From NCBI GenBank assembly GCA_907165135.1, contig OU015566.1, positions 11,346,001 to 11,410,000 on the forward strand: DNA of 64,000 nucleotides, in the 5' to 3' direction. The position numbers and the translations under genes are program-made. The notes beneath the pieces were generated by a model. It saw nothing but the letters and a program-made list of their open reading frames with translations. It was not told the origin of the DNA and ran no database searches. This stretch comes from Oikopleura dioica (lineage: Eukaryota > Animalia > Chordata). Positions 1 to 14,535 of the stretch are shown one piece after another (the first letter of the stretch is position 1; the number at the start of each line of letters is the position of its first letter).

Positions 1-208
1 ACTAGTATCATATCGGTAGTAGCTCTTTTCGTATCATTTTAAAACATTTTTTTTCTCAAAGTTCTCCGTTTGGACAGCGCCTGGGGCCAATCGCCAATCG
101 CGCAAAAAGAGAAATTAATTCCTCCAAGGAAAAAGGTGATTCCTTTACTGTCCGGTAGCTATAGTAAGAACACAGTGAGAGTATAATAAGAAGAAAGAGG
201 ATGAAAGA

Positions 209-3200
209 ATGTCATTGATAAGGAAAGGCCGCGAAAATATAGAAGTGAAATCACTAACGCGAAAAAGTTTTATTTCCATATTTGTAATGAATTACGCTCA
301 AAGCCGTATAAAGACACAGCAAACTTGTGAGCCGACGGACATTGTCCTGCGGTGTGAACAGCTGCAACGAATGTCTACTAGACAGGCGCCAGCATCTTTC
401 GTCACCTTTCCAGAGGCGCCAAGTTCGTGAGCTGGGATTCCTCGGCGCTGTTGCTAGGACTATTCTGACCAGAGCAGCAGTTGTCGGTATTATTCATCAT
501 CCTTTGTTCACGAGGAAGAAAAGTATGAAATTAAGTGGGAGGGCTTGGAGCAACCGGATATGCGATTGACAAGAAAGTTCGAACATGGGAAGGAAAGAAG
601 TCGTGAAATAGGATTTCCATATATTCTTTTCCGCCTGCTGTGCATTAATCTGGCGGATTTCAGAAATAGAGAGGATCGGATAATGAAGTAAGACGTCAGA
701 CTAAGCACATCCTGTCGGACGGAGCGGGCACCCCATCTCGGACAGGAACCTAGACGTCTGAAATTTTGGCAGACTTGGGATCTATAAACACTCCAGATTT
801 TGAATTAGCAATCATATTTATATGACCAGTAAATAAACTTCAAATTTTTAATTTTTGCCTTTCAGAAGAACTTTCGGCATGAACGAAAGTAAACTCTAAG
901 ATTTCCGAATACAACTTATTTGAAGAAAGCCGCGAGCGGCTTATCTTTGAAGAAATTCTAAGCTGTCAGAAAAATAGAAGAAGCTCTTTTGATTCTTCCG
1001 AAAATATTTCGTTTCCTTTTCTTTGGAAAATATTTATCATTTTTTTCCGCGAGGATGAAAAAGATAACGCCCACTCGTTCGAATCCTCAGCTGGCTCATA
1101 ACCTTGTTAGAGAAAAAAAGAGAAAACGATCGACTTCTGAAATCGATCGTGCTCTGAGGCTCGGGCGTTTTTTTCAGGTTGTTTTTGTGTGTATACCCAA
1201 GTTACGCATACATTTTATTTTACACCTTTTTCTATATTCTTTCACGACTTTTATAAAGACGAGTACTTCGGCCCAGTTGTTGAAGGATTAGATGCAATCA
1301 AAGGTAATTTTATAATTAAGGTAGTTGCTGAAATAACTGTTTATTTTAGGCGTAGCAAGGCCAGGTGCAGATTTGCTCAGAGAGTTCAAAAACGACTTCT
1401 TTTCAAAATTCAATGTGGAGAAAGAATTCAAAGACTTTGAAACCATCGTCGAGGAAAATAAGAAACAAGAAAATTCTAGCAATGATGATGACCCGCTTCC
1501 AGACGGAAAATTACCAGCTACAGTCGCTGCGGCGATTTTTCTTTCGGGGGTAAGGGAGAATAAAAATAGCAGATTTTTTTTAAGGATTTATATTTTGAAT
1601 TCATGGAATTGAAGATTTATAATTTAGAAAGAAGATGAAAGTGACGCAAAGAAAGATTTCGAGGGAAAAGATTTGGCGAGTATGGCGCTCGAATTGGAAG
1701 AGCTTCGAAATGAACTTGCGGTGAGTCGATCGATCACTTATGAGAATCGAGAGGCGCTTATGAACGATCATTAGAATGCGTTACGCGAGCGGAGAATCTA
1801 CGAAGAAAGACTCGCGAAATCTGACAACGATTTTGCGGAAGTTCAGAAGGAGAGACAAGAGCTGCTCAGTACTATTAGACGATTACAAGATCTTGCTAGG
1901 TGAATTTTATTTTTGTATCAATAAAGAGGTTATTTAATTAACGCTCCATGCGCTTTTTTATACCATTTTTTTGTGTTAAATGGAGATTGACTGAATTTTG
2001 TGATAAAAAGCATAAATCATTAAAAGTTTTTTTTACTGAATCATTCTTTTTATTTATGAATCATTTTGTAATTGTGATCTTTTCCAGATCCGATAGATAT
2101 TTATACCCACAAACAGCTGGCACATCTGCTTACTTTCTTTGATGAAATTCTGGCCAGAAATCATCCCCATCATTTCTTTAAAAAGACAGCTGCAGAAACA
2201 TCAATAGAATCTCAATAACATCTTTTTTTAGCCAGCAAGAAGTTCGCCACCACCGAAAAGTTGAAAAGCTCGAGTCCGAATGTTCCGACCTTCATCAACG
2301 GCTCGCCCTCGCCAAGAGCCAAAAGAAAACAAGCTCACAAGCACATGCCCCGAAGAGCATGGTCGAGCAGTATTCCCAAGTGTTGGACGAATTGGAGCAC
2401 GCTCGATTAGTTTGCCCTAATGTGGACCCGCCAGATTTGCCCCGTGTCATCGTCGTCGGCGACCAGAGCAGCGGGAAGACGTCGGTGCTCGAAGCCGTCG
2501 CCAGGTTAGTTTATTTTTCATCACTATTGTGTGCTTACGTGAATTCGACGCATGTTTTTCATAAATAATTGAGTTAACTTACTTCAGAGCTCGTATATTC
2601 CCCGAGGTGGCGGCCAGATGATGACGCGCTCGCCAGTGAAGGTGACAATCGCAGACGGGCCGCGTCATATCGCCAGCTTCCCAGATGCACCAGATAAATA
2701 CTATCGCCTCGACGATGAGGACCATCTCAAACAGCTCCGATCGGAGATCGAGCATCGTATGGCTAGGGCCTGTCATGGCGGACTCACAATTTCATCTGAA
2801 GTTGTTCCAATTAATGTTGAAGGACCTGGACTTAGGAATGGTTCAAAGCGCTTTTCCTGGTTACTGGGATCGAATTCGATAGTGAACCCTTTTAGACGAA
2901 TGGTGCTGGTAGATTTGCCCGGCCTTATCTGCACAGAAACCGCTGGAATTCGCCCTGGAACTGCTCAAGAAATTTTAAACTTGGCGCGCGAGCAAATGGA
3001 CTTTCCAAACGCAATCATACTGTGCGTCCAAGACGGCTCTGTAGACGCTGAAAGGTCACAAGTGACTAACTACGTCCGAGAGGCGGATCCAACTGGCGAA
3101 CGGACACTTCTAGTCCTTACCAAAGTAGACAAAGCGGTGGCCGATCCAGTCAGGCTGAAACAGATTTTGGATGGGAAACTGTTCCCGCTCAGAGCGCTCG

Positions 3201-5965
3201 GCTACTTCGCTGTGGTGACGGGAAATGAGAATAAAGATGCATCGATCGGGGAGATTCGGAAAGGGCTTCGCTATAATCTTCGCCAAAGAAAGAAAAAAAA
3301 ATCATTTCATATTTTTTATGAAGATTCTTCGAGTGAAATAAAAGCCCTAAAAAAGAACCCACGAAAATCAATTTTTCCAGCGCTCGCCCTTGCTCAATTC
3401 TGGGATTCTCCAGCCGGACCAGCTCGGCACCAATAACCTGTGCGATGCGGTTTCGAAGCTCTTTTGGCGCATTGTAAAGAATAGCCTCAGCGGGGAGCTT
3501 CAGAAGCTCAAAGAGCAGCTTTTTATCCTTGAATCTGAATGGAAGGCTCAGGTAAAACAGGAGAATCAGAGCTTTAATTCTTAGATGGATTTAGTACCGG
3601 CACAGGAGAGAGTTGGATAGAGACCAAACTTTTGGGCGAGTCAAGGAAGAATTGTTTGACCGGATGGTTCTTTTGAAGAATTTAGGAAAGGGCGACTTTC
3701 CTAAGATCGAAAATATATCGTCACAGGAAAAATGAAACAGAATAAACCTTATCAAGTGTCTAACGGACAATCCTTTACGGTAGGCGCGGTCAAGATCGGC
3801 ACTGTCTTATTGTTTATCAGCACTTATCGATAGTAAGGGGATTTACCCAAGGGACTATAAAAGTGAGCCAGTCTAACTCAAATTAAAAAAATTCTGCTAC
3901 TGATTACGATTTTTATACAAAAGGGATTTCAAGAGAGCTGTTTTTGTGACGTAAGAAGCTAATTCCCTCCCGACGTTTTCGAAAACATGATTAAACGAAA
4001 TGATAGCCTTGAAAATAGATCCTGGGCAGTTTGAAAACGACTTGAAAGCTAAATTATGGGATACAATCGAATCTCATTTTCTCAACGAAGTATATCTCGC
4101 CGCTGAAGGATCGGTTTCCATATCTTTTTTCTTTTTTTTTTTGAAAGAAAAAAGAAACAAAAAATGAGATGTCCATAAACTTTATGAAGACTTCTTTAAG
4201 AAGTCTGCATGTTTGTTGACCTTTTAAAAAATTGAGAAAAATAGGTGCTCAGCAAATTTCTATACTTATCTCTGAAGTCGAGAATCAATCACAATTTCTG
4301 ACTAGGGACAATAAGGGCGTTTATGAGACTTTTTGGTAACCGTAAAACTAAGACAGCGCTAAGTCAAAAGAAGAGTTCAAAGCTATCTCCGATTTGAGAC
4401 TGAGGAAATTCTCCAACCAAGAGCTGCCAAATCAGGTACGACTGTCAAAAGAGATTCAAAGAGAGTCAAAGAGATTTTTAGTGACCGTTTTTGGCATATT
4501 CTTTTCTTCAGAGAAAGTTTCAATTGATAAAAAGCAAGATCTATTTGACTTTTTGGCACTTTTTGAATAAATTATTCAAGTAATTATTGAAATCGAAAAG
4601 TGTGCCCACATCTGCGCGCTTGTAGGATATAGCAGCAATTAGCCCTGTCAGAGGGCGAGTTTTCAACAAGAGTTTCTTTCTACCTTCATTTTAACTGCCT
4701 TTCCTACAGTCATTGAGCGTGTAATTAAGTCGCTGGCAGCAGTAAGAGATTTACTGATTGAGCGATTTGCCGAACTTGTCCTACCTGAATTGGGCGAAGA
4801 TGCGAAGGCGGAGCATAAACCGCTCTATCAGAAAGTATCCGATGATGTCAAAAAAGGATTTGAGCTTTATTTCAACGAGAGTAGAGTTGCCAGAGCATCA
4901 GGTAATTCAAACTTAAATTTTTTCTATTGTCAATACGATAAATTTAAATGAGGGAGGGTTTTATGGGAGAATTGTTGGATTTTTTGAGTTTTATTTTTAG
5001 AAACTGTTTTTGATGGTAATATAAAATACATAACTTTTTGTTATTCTGATTATAAATATAATTGCTTGATGATAGAGCTTTGATTTTTGCTCATAATTGC
5101 TGAAATACTTTTGGTGCACGTTATATTAAGCATATACTATTTATATGAACAAGAGTGTGTATAGAACTGCGGGTGATCCAACAATCGACAATCGAGAACA
5201 GATTCATCAACTCAAAGATCGAGTGGCAGTCTGCCGCTGATCGACTGAAAAGAACACTTCAAGGCGACCACGAGAAGCGATGGGCGCGCGTTTGGGATAA
5301 TGCCGGGCCGGTTTGGTATCAACAATATTGGAACTGGTCGGCGAGGACGAAGGATCAGCACAAGTGGGATAGGATTAAGAGAGTGCTGCAGATCTTGCCG
5401 ATGAGTACGCAATCCAAATTGACAAAGGATCAACTAGCTCAAGGTACAGCAAAAATATTAGGGTTTTTTCTTGTTAGGGTTAAAATTCCGATATTTCCTT
5501 TATCAAATTTTTTCTCCAGCTCGATTTGATCTTCAAAAATTCTTCTCAATCGAAGCAACCGAAGCCGAAATCGACGATGTCTGGCGCGATCTGTACCCGA
5601 CCCGTTGGATAGCAGCGCTGGAAAAGAACGCTACTCACTGCCGCGGATCGTTTCAAAAGTACAAAGACGGTAAAATCTCGTTTGAATCATCCCGGCTCCA
5701 GTGCGAAGATGTAATGCTCTGGTGGCGAATGGATCGGGCGCTAGAAATGAGTGCCGCGAATTTGAGACAGTTTATGCTAACAGAAGGCGTTGAAACCTTG
5801 GCAAACGAGTTGAAGAACTCGCTGGAGAATTTATCAGAATCGGACATTGTTCAATTAATCAAAGGAAGACAAGTTGAGCTGGCGGAAGAGCTCAAATACA
5901 TCAGGAAAATCCATGGACTCTTACACGAGCTGAATCGGATGCTCAACCAAGTCTACGGACATTGA
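209..5965 (+). CDS. OPA1: Mitochondrial dynamin-like GTPase OPA1 (multi-exon; 5' exon boundary uncertain)
   Basis: Spliced translation contains DLPRVIVVGDQSSGKTSVLE (G1), IFPRGGGQMMTRSPVKVT, GPGLRRMVLVDLPG (G3) and LTKVD (G4). It also has GKLFPLRALGYFAVVTG and a C-terminal GED-like GRQVELAEELKYIRKI. The Arg/Ser-rich N-terminus resembles a mitochondrial presequence. Confidence 0.92.
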
Positions 5966-6212
5966 GCCTTTTTCTTTGAATTTTACCTTCATTCCCTTCT
6001 ATTTATTTAAAACTTTTTCACCGTCGCAATTTTTTTTCTTATTTGTAATTTCAATCTAACCAGAATGCACCTCTTTCCAACCAATCGTTCTTCAAGACCA
6101 CTCTTGTCCATCCAACCTTGCAATACTTTTATCTATGAAATCAAAGTGGATAAATTAAAGGAATAACTAATTAAGAATTGTATTTTAGAAGTAATTATAT
6201 AGATAATGTGTC

Positions 6213-8994
6213 ATGGGTGACTCTTCGAAATCGGGGACACGAGTTTTTAAGAAATCTTCGTTTCGGGGTTGAAAATGAGTATCGTAAAATCTTCGTCGAA
6301 AAATTATCTCGAAAAATATAAATTTCAAGTTGAAAATTTCAACCCTTTTTCCAGCCAAATGGAAAGATCACGGCCTATCTCGGAAAGCGAGATTTCGTTG
6401 ACCACATCCACTGCATCGACCCTATCGACGGCATCGTTCTGATCGACGAGGATTACCTGAAATGGTACGTTCGCCATTCGATTGAATAACGTTAACCAAA
6501 ATAGTCCTGAATTTTCTAGTGGCGCGAAAAAAGTGATGGCGACGTTGACGTGCGCCTTTCGCTACGGTCGCGAGGATCTCGACGTTTTGGGGCTGACGTT
6601 TCGGAAAGAGTTGCACACCGATTTGCAACAGGTGTGAATTCATTGATAGAATCAGAAAGAATCAAAGTCACACAGTACCAAAATCAACCTAACTTTTCAG
6701 ACCGTGCATTTTCAACTAACTGCGCAAGTATGTGTTGTCACTTAAAATAGACATTTCCTAATGGTGCTGTTTTTTCTGTTAAACTGGTTCTGATGAATTT
6801 GATTCAGGTCTACCCGCCGACGAGAGAAAACGAAAGACGATTGTGCACCAGGCTACAAGAGAGGCTGCTGAGAAAGCTGGGCAAAAATGCATATCCATTC
6901 TTCTTTGAATTGCCACTCAATTCTCCTTGCTCAGTTACATTACAGGTTTTTTTTTCAAAAAGATTTATTTCAATTGCATGCCGTTAACTATCTGCTTATA
7001 ATCATGATTTATGAATGAATCTGATTCAACCCTTGAACAAGTTCGTGACAGATTTTTTCATCCATCCTCCCATCTTCTTCAATTTTGACTTTTTCTTCAA
7101 GGAGACCTCTTTTCGTAAGGACACAACTTGTTCTGTCAATGCTGTGACTTGTGACATTATTGACTGGAGCATTGTATCCCGTTCAATCCCATTTGTAACA
7201 AGAGTCGTAAGGGAAGCGGTTATAGAAGGGTCAGTCGTATTGTACCTTAAATTCGTTTCATTCGAAAATTTCAAAAATAGGAAATTACCTATAATTTGGG
7301 ATAAACCCTAGGTTTGGTTGGTAGTTGTCATTGTTCTCGTCCGAAAAACCTCCCGAGAAGAAGCTCTCGGACTCCTCGTTTATCACTGGGATTTCTCCAG
7401 GGTCTAAACATCTTTTTGAAGAAAATCTCAAAATACTCAAGTAAACCTTCTTGATTTCCTCTGAGCATTGTCTGGCTATCAAGTCGTGTTTGCTTCGAAT
7501 TTGTATACGCAAAAGGGAAAATAAAAGTTCATGTGATGTAAAGACCCGCCCCAACGTACTTAAAGAAGGATAAATCCTGAACAAGCTTCGATATGACTAA
7601 ACATATCGTGCGATATTCTTGATAAAGTATTTACGATTATTTTATTTCCTGCGGTCCAGCTAAAGGTCGTTTCAGCCTGCCCCAGGAGACACAGGAAAGC
7701 CATGTGGTGTCGACTACGAACTCAAAGCTTGCATCGTATACGAAGGCGAGGAGGTAATAAAAGCATCTATCTGCAACAACTAAGAAAGTTTAGCCCGCGC
7801 AAGCGAACAGGAAAAACTCCGTCCGCCTGGCAATTCGGAAAGTTCAATATGCTCCCGATCGACAAGCTCCTCAGCCGTGCAAGGAAATCTCCACGAAGCC
7901 AGTTCTTTCAGAAAAACCTATTAACTTAGAAGCTACATTAGACAAGGAGCTCTATTATCATGGCGAAACGATGAACGTCAATGTTCAGGTACTCTTTTAT
8001 CCATCACTAAGAAGCCATACCATTTTTAGATTACAAATAATAGCTCAAGAAGTGTAAAGAAGATCAAAATATCAGTTAGACAATTTGCTGATATCTGGCT
8101 CGTTTGACAGCTCTCAATCTTAAAATTGATCAAATATAAAAGCAAGTAATCAAACCAAAAAAAGTATATACAGCTCTGCGCAGTACAAATGCCCTGTTGC
8201 AAACTTAGAACACGAAGTTTGCGTTCCTCCAAGTTCTACTCTTTGCAAGGTATTCATCAATAATTCTCTCGAGAATTAAGAAGGATTAAGGTTTTCCAAA
8301 TAACTCCAAATCTGAGCGAAAATAAAGATAAACGAGGTCTCGCTCTTGATGGACAGCTAAAACATGAAGATACCAATCTTGCTTCTACGACACTTATTAA
8401 AGTAAGCTTACCTTTGAAACGACAAGGGGCTTATTTCTTTGAAGGACGGAATTTCCCGAGAAACGCTTGGAATCGTGGTGAGCTACAAAGTGAAAGTCAA
8501 ACTCGTTCTCGGAGGAATCGGCTCTGATGTTTCGCTCTTCTTGCCATTCTCGTTGATGCACTCGAAGCCAGTCAATGATTCGGATAATCAGAGGAGGCAA
8601 GATGCACAGGATGCTCTTTCAATTCGTCAAGAAATCAACTCGGTAGCATTCTATTTTTCCTACATGTTTCATAACTGATGATTTTTAGACATCTTCGCGG
8701 CATAATTCTTATACTCAAGAACCAAAAGGAACAAGTGGTCAGCCAGTTCGTCCTCCGGATGCGGAGTCAGTTCATTTGATCAATTTCGACGATCCTGTCG
8801 CTACAAATAACCAACCTGGATTCGAACGTAAGCCATAAACTCCCTTCATCCAATAACGAGTGAATTTTGAAGCCATGCCTGGCCAGGGATGGGACTACGA
8901 CGATGAGCTACAATTCATGGAATTCACGCGATTGCGGCTCAATGCGCAGAATCCAGAAGGACAACAAAACGGAGGTCCGGCAAGCCAGAACTAG
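6213..8994 (+). CDS. ARRB: Beta-arrestin (multi-exon)
   Basis: [63 protein letters not shown] and [21 protein letters not shown] are present, with a clathrin box LINFD and an AP2 motif EFTRLRL; stop TAG at 8992-8994. Confidence 0.95.
7026..7468 (-). CDS. Nested antisense 3-exon orphan gene (~118 aa, coiled coil plus basic tail) inside the arrestin intron 6946-7675
   Basis: Exons 7468-7447, 7403-7289 and 7245-7026 are joined by two 43-nt GT-AG introns into one frame: [18 protein letters not shown]...[41 protein letters not shown]. Confidence 0.7.
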
Positions 8995-9714
8995 AGGCAC
9001 CAGAAAACATGAGTTTTCCGTGGAAAGAAAGTTCTTTCCAAACAACTATGAACAAAAATAGATCTTTTCTGCAGAAACCCACTTTTCTACATACATTCTT
9101 TATTTGGGAAATGATAATAAATTACCTCTTTCAATGTATAATTATGACCGCGGTGAAAATGAAATATCTTGTGTTGTACATTGCTTCTATGATACAGGAA
9201 TCGTTCTATCAGGCTCGTGCATTTTGAGACACATTTTCAAGCATTTCTCTCTCTTCGAAAATCCTTTATCAGTGTTATCACTACAAGTAAATCAAAAAGA
9301 ATCTATCAAGACATGTTACTACTAACAAACTACGCAGCAATACCAGTATGTCTTTCCGCCCTATCCTTATTTTGCGACTAATAATTCATTCTGAATATTC
9401 TTCTTTCGTTTATTTTCCGCTGTGATTATTTTTATAATTTTACGCTGATCTCTTTTTATTCATTTTACCAGTTATACATTTTTTAATTTATTTTATGCAA
9501 CCGACAAGTTACAAAAATTCATGCTACGCTGTACCTCACCATTTTCTCTAAAACCTCTTTTCTCCCTTGACTAAAATATATCAAATTTACAGACTTGTTT
9601 TTAATGCAGTTTTGCTCGTTTTTGGGTTTTCGAAAATCCCCGGACAACAATGAAATCTTTTAACAAATAAATAAGACCACAATGAACCTTTCTACTGAAC
9701 TTTTTTGATTCAGA

Positions 9715-10597
9715 ATGTTAAAGAATATCCGCAGAGCATATTCTTACATTTCTCTGGAGCAAACTGGAGCGCTTTCGATTTTGAAATTTAACCGACCGAA
9801 GAAATACAATGCGATCAACCCTGACATGTACGATGAGATCGGAGATGCATTGAGAAAAGAAAAGGCTAATGATTCTTCGTCACTATTGGCAATTACTGGC
9901 GAAGGTTCCTATTATTCTTCCGGAAACGACCTGACTGCTTTTGCTAAATGGATGGCACAAGTAACCCATCTTTATAAAACTCAAAAAAACAATCTTTCTA
10001 GGGCAAATCGCAAGAAGAAATGGCCGAAACAGCGCATGATATCATGGTCCCTTTTGTCGATGCTTTTATCGAGTTTGACAAGCCTATGATCTCTGTTGTG
10101 AATGGACCGGCTGTTGGAATCGGAGTTTCTCATCTTGGCCTTGCTGATTTTGTTTATGCTCATGAATCAGCAACTTTCTACATGCCCTTTACGATACTTG
10201 GTCAATCCGCCGAGGCTTGCTCTTCAGTGACATTCCCGAAGATCATGGGTCCTTCAGATGGGCACGCTATGATCATGTTCAACAAGAAAATCGACGCCGA
10301 AGAAGCGAAAAACTCGAAGCTCGTTGGAGAAATCTATTCTGATGATGGACCTGTTTGGCAAAAAATCGAGGAATATTCTAAATTGCCGAAGAAGTCGTTG
10401 AAATACTCAAAACAGCTCGTTAGGTACTTCGATTAACTGTTTCAATATTTTTCTCATAATAACTTGATTGTAGGACTGCAGCAGATGTCGAATTCTTGAA
10501 ACAAGTAAATCTACGGGAAGCAGCTCGACTTCGAGAGCGCTGGGCGAGTCCTGATTGCGCAGAAGCAATCATGAAGTTTTTGATGCGAAAGGGTTGA
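9715..10597 (+). CDS. Enoyl-CoA delta isomerase (crotonase family, ECI2-like catalytic domain, no ACBP domain seen)
   Basis: FNRPKKYNAI, YYSSGNDL, VNGPAVGIG and PFTILGQSAEACSS are present in three exons; stop at 10595-10597. Confidence 0.88.
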
Positions 10598-10659
10598 AGC
10601 CCTTACTGTACATTTATTTATTCCTTCCCCGAAAAATATGCGAGCGAATTCTTTCAAAT

Positions 10660-10685
10660 TTAAACCTTTTCCTTTCGCAAGAATG
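10660..10685 (+). promoter_or_regulatory. Putative spliced-leader trans-splice acceptor before the zinc-finger ATG
   Basis: Unpaired pyrimidine tract plus AG (cttttcctttcgcaag|aATG); the ATG is only 85 bp after the upstream stop codon. Confidence 0.5.
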
Positions 10686-13600
10686 TCGGAATCGGACTCG
10701 ACAAGAACAGAAGCGACGAAAAAATGGCTCCCAAATTTGAAGCACCCGAGTTTTATCGGCCGCCCGGCCTCAATATGGCTCGATCTTGGGAAAAATAAAA
10801 GCTCGGCTGGAAAAATCATGTGCAATATCTGCCAGACATCCTCGGAAACGATGAAGGCGGCGCTTGCTCATTTGCGCAGCAAACACAAAAATCAGAAGCA
10901 ATATGAATGCGATCAATGCTCAGAGAGATTCAATGTTTTCGAAAATTTACAGACTCACAAAACCTCACATGAAGCGAGACTATCGTCAGAAGGAATTGTC
11001 AAGTGCCCGATCAAAAACTGCAGCAAGGAATTTCGTAGGATGGTCGTTTTCCGCCACCATGTTCAAAAAGAACACCAAATTAACGACGATTTTCATTGCA
11101 AAACTTGCAATTTTCCGTTTCCGACTGTTTTCGAACTCGAGCAGCATCGACTTGCCCACGTTTCACGCGAAAAACGGCGGCTGGAGAGGCGCAAACGGGA
11201 GCTGAAACAAAAATTGGAGAATCCGCCCGTCCCGGATGAAATTTCAAATTCAAAGCAAAACATCCCTGAGCCGCCTGTATTTCCTGAAACAAGAGAACTC
11301 ACGAGCATCCAAGATGAACTTCCAGAGACGCCTATTCTTGACCCTCCAGTGCAAGAAGTCATGGAACTCGTCAGAGAAAAGAGCAAAAACAAGCGCGGAT
11401 CTGTCACCAAGAAACTTTCGACTTTCGAAGATTTCACTTTCCAAAAGCCTCAACCCTTGAATGATGCACTAACAGCGCTGGATGAAATTGTTGGAACGAT
11501 AAGCGATCCCGTCGTTAATGCTACAAGAAATCAAGGAAGAGTACAAAATCATTTTTTGGTAGAAATGACTTTTTAAAGAAAATATTTTGTATCTCTTATA
11601 AGAACAACCGGCACCAAAGCCGATCCGAAAGAAAGTCCGAAAATCAACAAAGCAAAAGATCCCCGGTCCACTGGCTGGCCCGCTTCAAGTGGCGCCGCTG
11701 GACGCTATTCCGAATCCCGTCCCCGCCTTCTCTGCCCAAAACGATCTTGATTTTCCCTTCGCTTCTGGAACTTGGGGCTACGAAGCTGATTCAGCGGCTC
11801 AGTATTCCTCTCAAATTATGCCAAATTACGGATATGAGAGTGTGGCGCCCGGAGTTCAACCGCAAACGCCTCATTTTGACAATTATATGGGAAACATTTT
11901 CTACGGAAAGCCAAAGTCAAAATCGCCTGCTCACGTGTGTAATTACTGTGGGCGCGTTTTCAAAACCGCAAGGATCGGCTCATTTCGATACACGAATCAA
12001 TACAGTCCATTGTAACTTCCATTTCATTAACAAGACCCGTCCCAAAATGAGCCTATTTAAGATACTTACGCCATCACTTAGTTTCGCATTCCGGGGTGAA
12101 GAAACATATGTGCACATTATGTGGCAAGACTTTCTCCCGCATTTCGACACTCACAAAGCACAAACAGTCCGTTCATTTGAAGACGATATTCTATCCATGT
12201 GGGCGCTGCGGAAAACATTTCTACCGAAAGGACACTTGGAGGAGGCACCAAATTCAACACCAGACTGCTAGAAACTGGGCATGTCCGTACTGTTATTCTA
12301 GATTCAAGACTCGACAGAATTGCTTGAAACATATCAAGACTCACCAAGCTACGACTAGAGACTATCAACTTTCAGGTTTTTCGACATAGGCAAATTGTAA
12401 TCTTCATGTTCGTATTTAGAGGGTATGAGCCATGAATTCTTCAATCCAGACGGCTATTTCGAAATGAATCCTATCGGTCCCATGACTGAGCTTTTGCAAA
12501 ACGCCCAGGATGAAGGCTCAAATCAGACTCAAGGCGTTCAAGATATGATTCCAGGAAAGGATGCTATTTATTCACTGATTACTTATTACAGTAAGTAAAA
12601 AGAGATTTTAAAGATTTAGCATCTTAATTGGAAGGGAATTCGTCAAGTCTTATGCCAAGCACAAGTAGTAAAAAGGGGTTGAAAGAGGGAGAATGCGTTG
12701 CATCAAGCAGCAGCTGCGCTCAGCGTCTTCAGCTCCCAACGGGCGGCGCCACTACCCCAATCGATAGCATTTTGCCAAACTTGCCTCAAACAGATCAGGA
12801 TCAAGACTCGGCGAAAAATCTGATCATCGATGAAATACTCGGCGCAGAGTTATTCGGCTCCAATTCGAACACCAACTCGGCAACGCAAAGTTCAAGCTTG
12901 CCACAAACGACAAGTAGCAATCCAGTGAAGAGGGATGACCCGCAAGGCAAAAAGAAGGGCCTGAAGGAAAGAGTTTAAAAATTATTGCAATCGAGAGACG
13001 ACTATAAGAGCAAGTATAAAAGTTATTGTATGCTTCGATTGCTGTCGAAACCCTTTCATTTTCATGATGTGAGAGAGTAAATAGAAGCGAAATCAGTTTT
13101 CCAATATTTTTCGACGTAGCGTGTCGGATTGCCAATTATAAACTCTATCTATTGACTTGCTCAGCTCAAGCTGTGACGGGCCAAGAATACCAACAATTGC
13201 CCCTTGATTGCGCCGAGTCAAACTTGCCTACTGATAATGCCAGGGGAGAGACAATGCCAGTTCAGTCAAGTTCGAAGCCACAAAAGCAACAGAAAGCGAA
13301 ACGCGTGCGTCCGAAAAAGACTTCTCAAGCAAAACAGAAGAATAACCGACAACTTGAAATTGCAAATGAGGAAACAGATACAGATGCTAACAGAGCAATT
13401 GCACAGAGTTTCGTTACGGGGTCTCAAGATAACAATATTGTCAATGCAAAATGAAAAGAATGTTTAAAATATGTGCAACCCTTTTCTCAGACGCATATTC
13501 AATTCAAGCCGACATCGATACCGCTACTGTCAAGAAGAAAAAAGAGAAAGAAACTAACCAAATAAAAATTGCAGAAGCAGACGTTGACGAATTGGCAACG

Positions 13601-14460
13601 GTGGAAGAAGTCACTAACCAATGCAGAATTAAATATAATATCAGCTTATCGGAGAAGTGAGTTCCCAGTGGCATGTTTGATGGCATCATAGAGTTATCTC
13701 GCTTGAGATAATTGAATGCATAGAAATCATTATTCGTAGAGAATCTCTACTAGAGATAGAGACAAGGCCACCAGTTTTCACGATCAATATTAAGAATCTT
13801 AATTTAAGATATCTCATCGACACTTCGAAAGAGAAAATAACTGGAATACCCTCGCACTCAAGCGGTGCGCGAACGACAAAGGGCGTGTACCGATTTCACT
13901 GCGACGATCCAAGTTGTAACAAGTCCTTCACAAAGCGCTGCGATCTCAATCGGCATATTCTGACGCACACCGGCGAGAAACCCTTCAAATGCGATAAATG
14001 TGAAAAGCGCTTTAGCCTGAAATCGACGCTAGTCAAGCACGCTCGGCGGATGCATTCCGACGAGAAGCCAGACAAGTATAACTGTCATGTCTGTGAGAAA
14101 CGATTCACAGATTCAGGGGGACTCAAGCGGCACATGAGAATACATACGCAAGCTAGGAATGTGTTTCATATCAATTTGGAGACATGGAAGAGTTTTTCCT
14201 TGATCTGCGTGAAAACGTATCAAATTCGCATTGGTTTTTTTTAAACACAGAAAAGACCCTTCAAATGCGAAGATTGTACAAAAGTCTTCAAACGCAGTGA
14301 TCAGTTAGTACGTCATCGCAAAACGTGCGAGAAGAATCTTTCAAAAGAAAATCCGTCGACGCCTAAATCGGTCTATGTCGTCATGACGCCACTCTGCAAG
14401 GAGATGATGGAAATGTTTGAAAATGAGCAAAGTGCTAAGCCTGCATCAACGACAAATTAA
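10683..14460 (+). CDS. Multi-C2H2 zinc-finger protein (about 13 fingers in three clusters)
   Basis: Repeated CxxC...HxxxH units, including HTGEKPFKC linkers, at ~10818-11160, ~11935-12345 and ~13890-14330. The intervening exons are low-complexity and their boundaries are uncertain. Confidence 0.8.
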
Positions 14461-14535
14461 CTGCCATGAGAATTGTTCTCAAAAGACGGATAATGAGTAG
14501 ATAAGAAATTAAAATTGAAATGAGTGTAGTTCAGA

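Noticed and set aside
3820-3880. TATA-like CTATAAAAG with GATA motifs inside an OPA1 intron
   Set aside because: Short motifs are common in AT-rich DNA and no downstream ORF or other support was seen.
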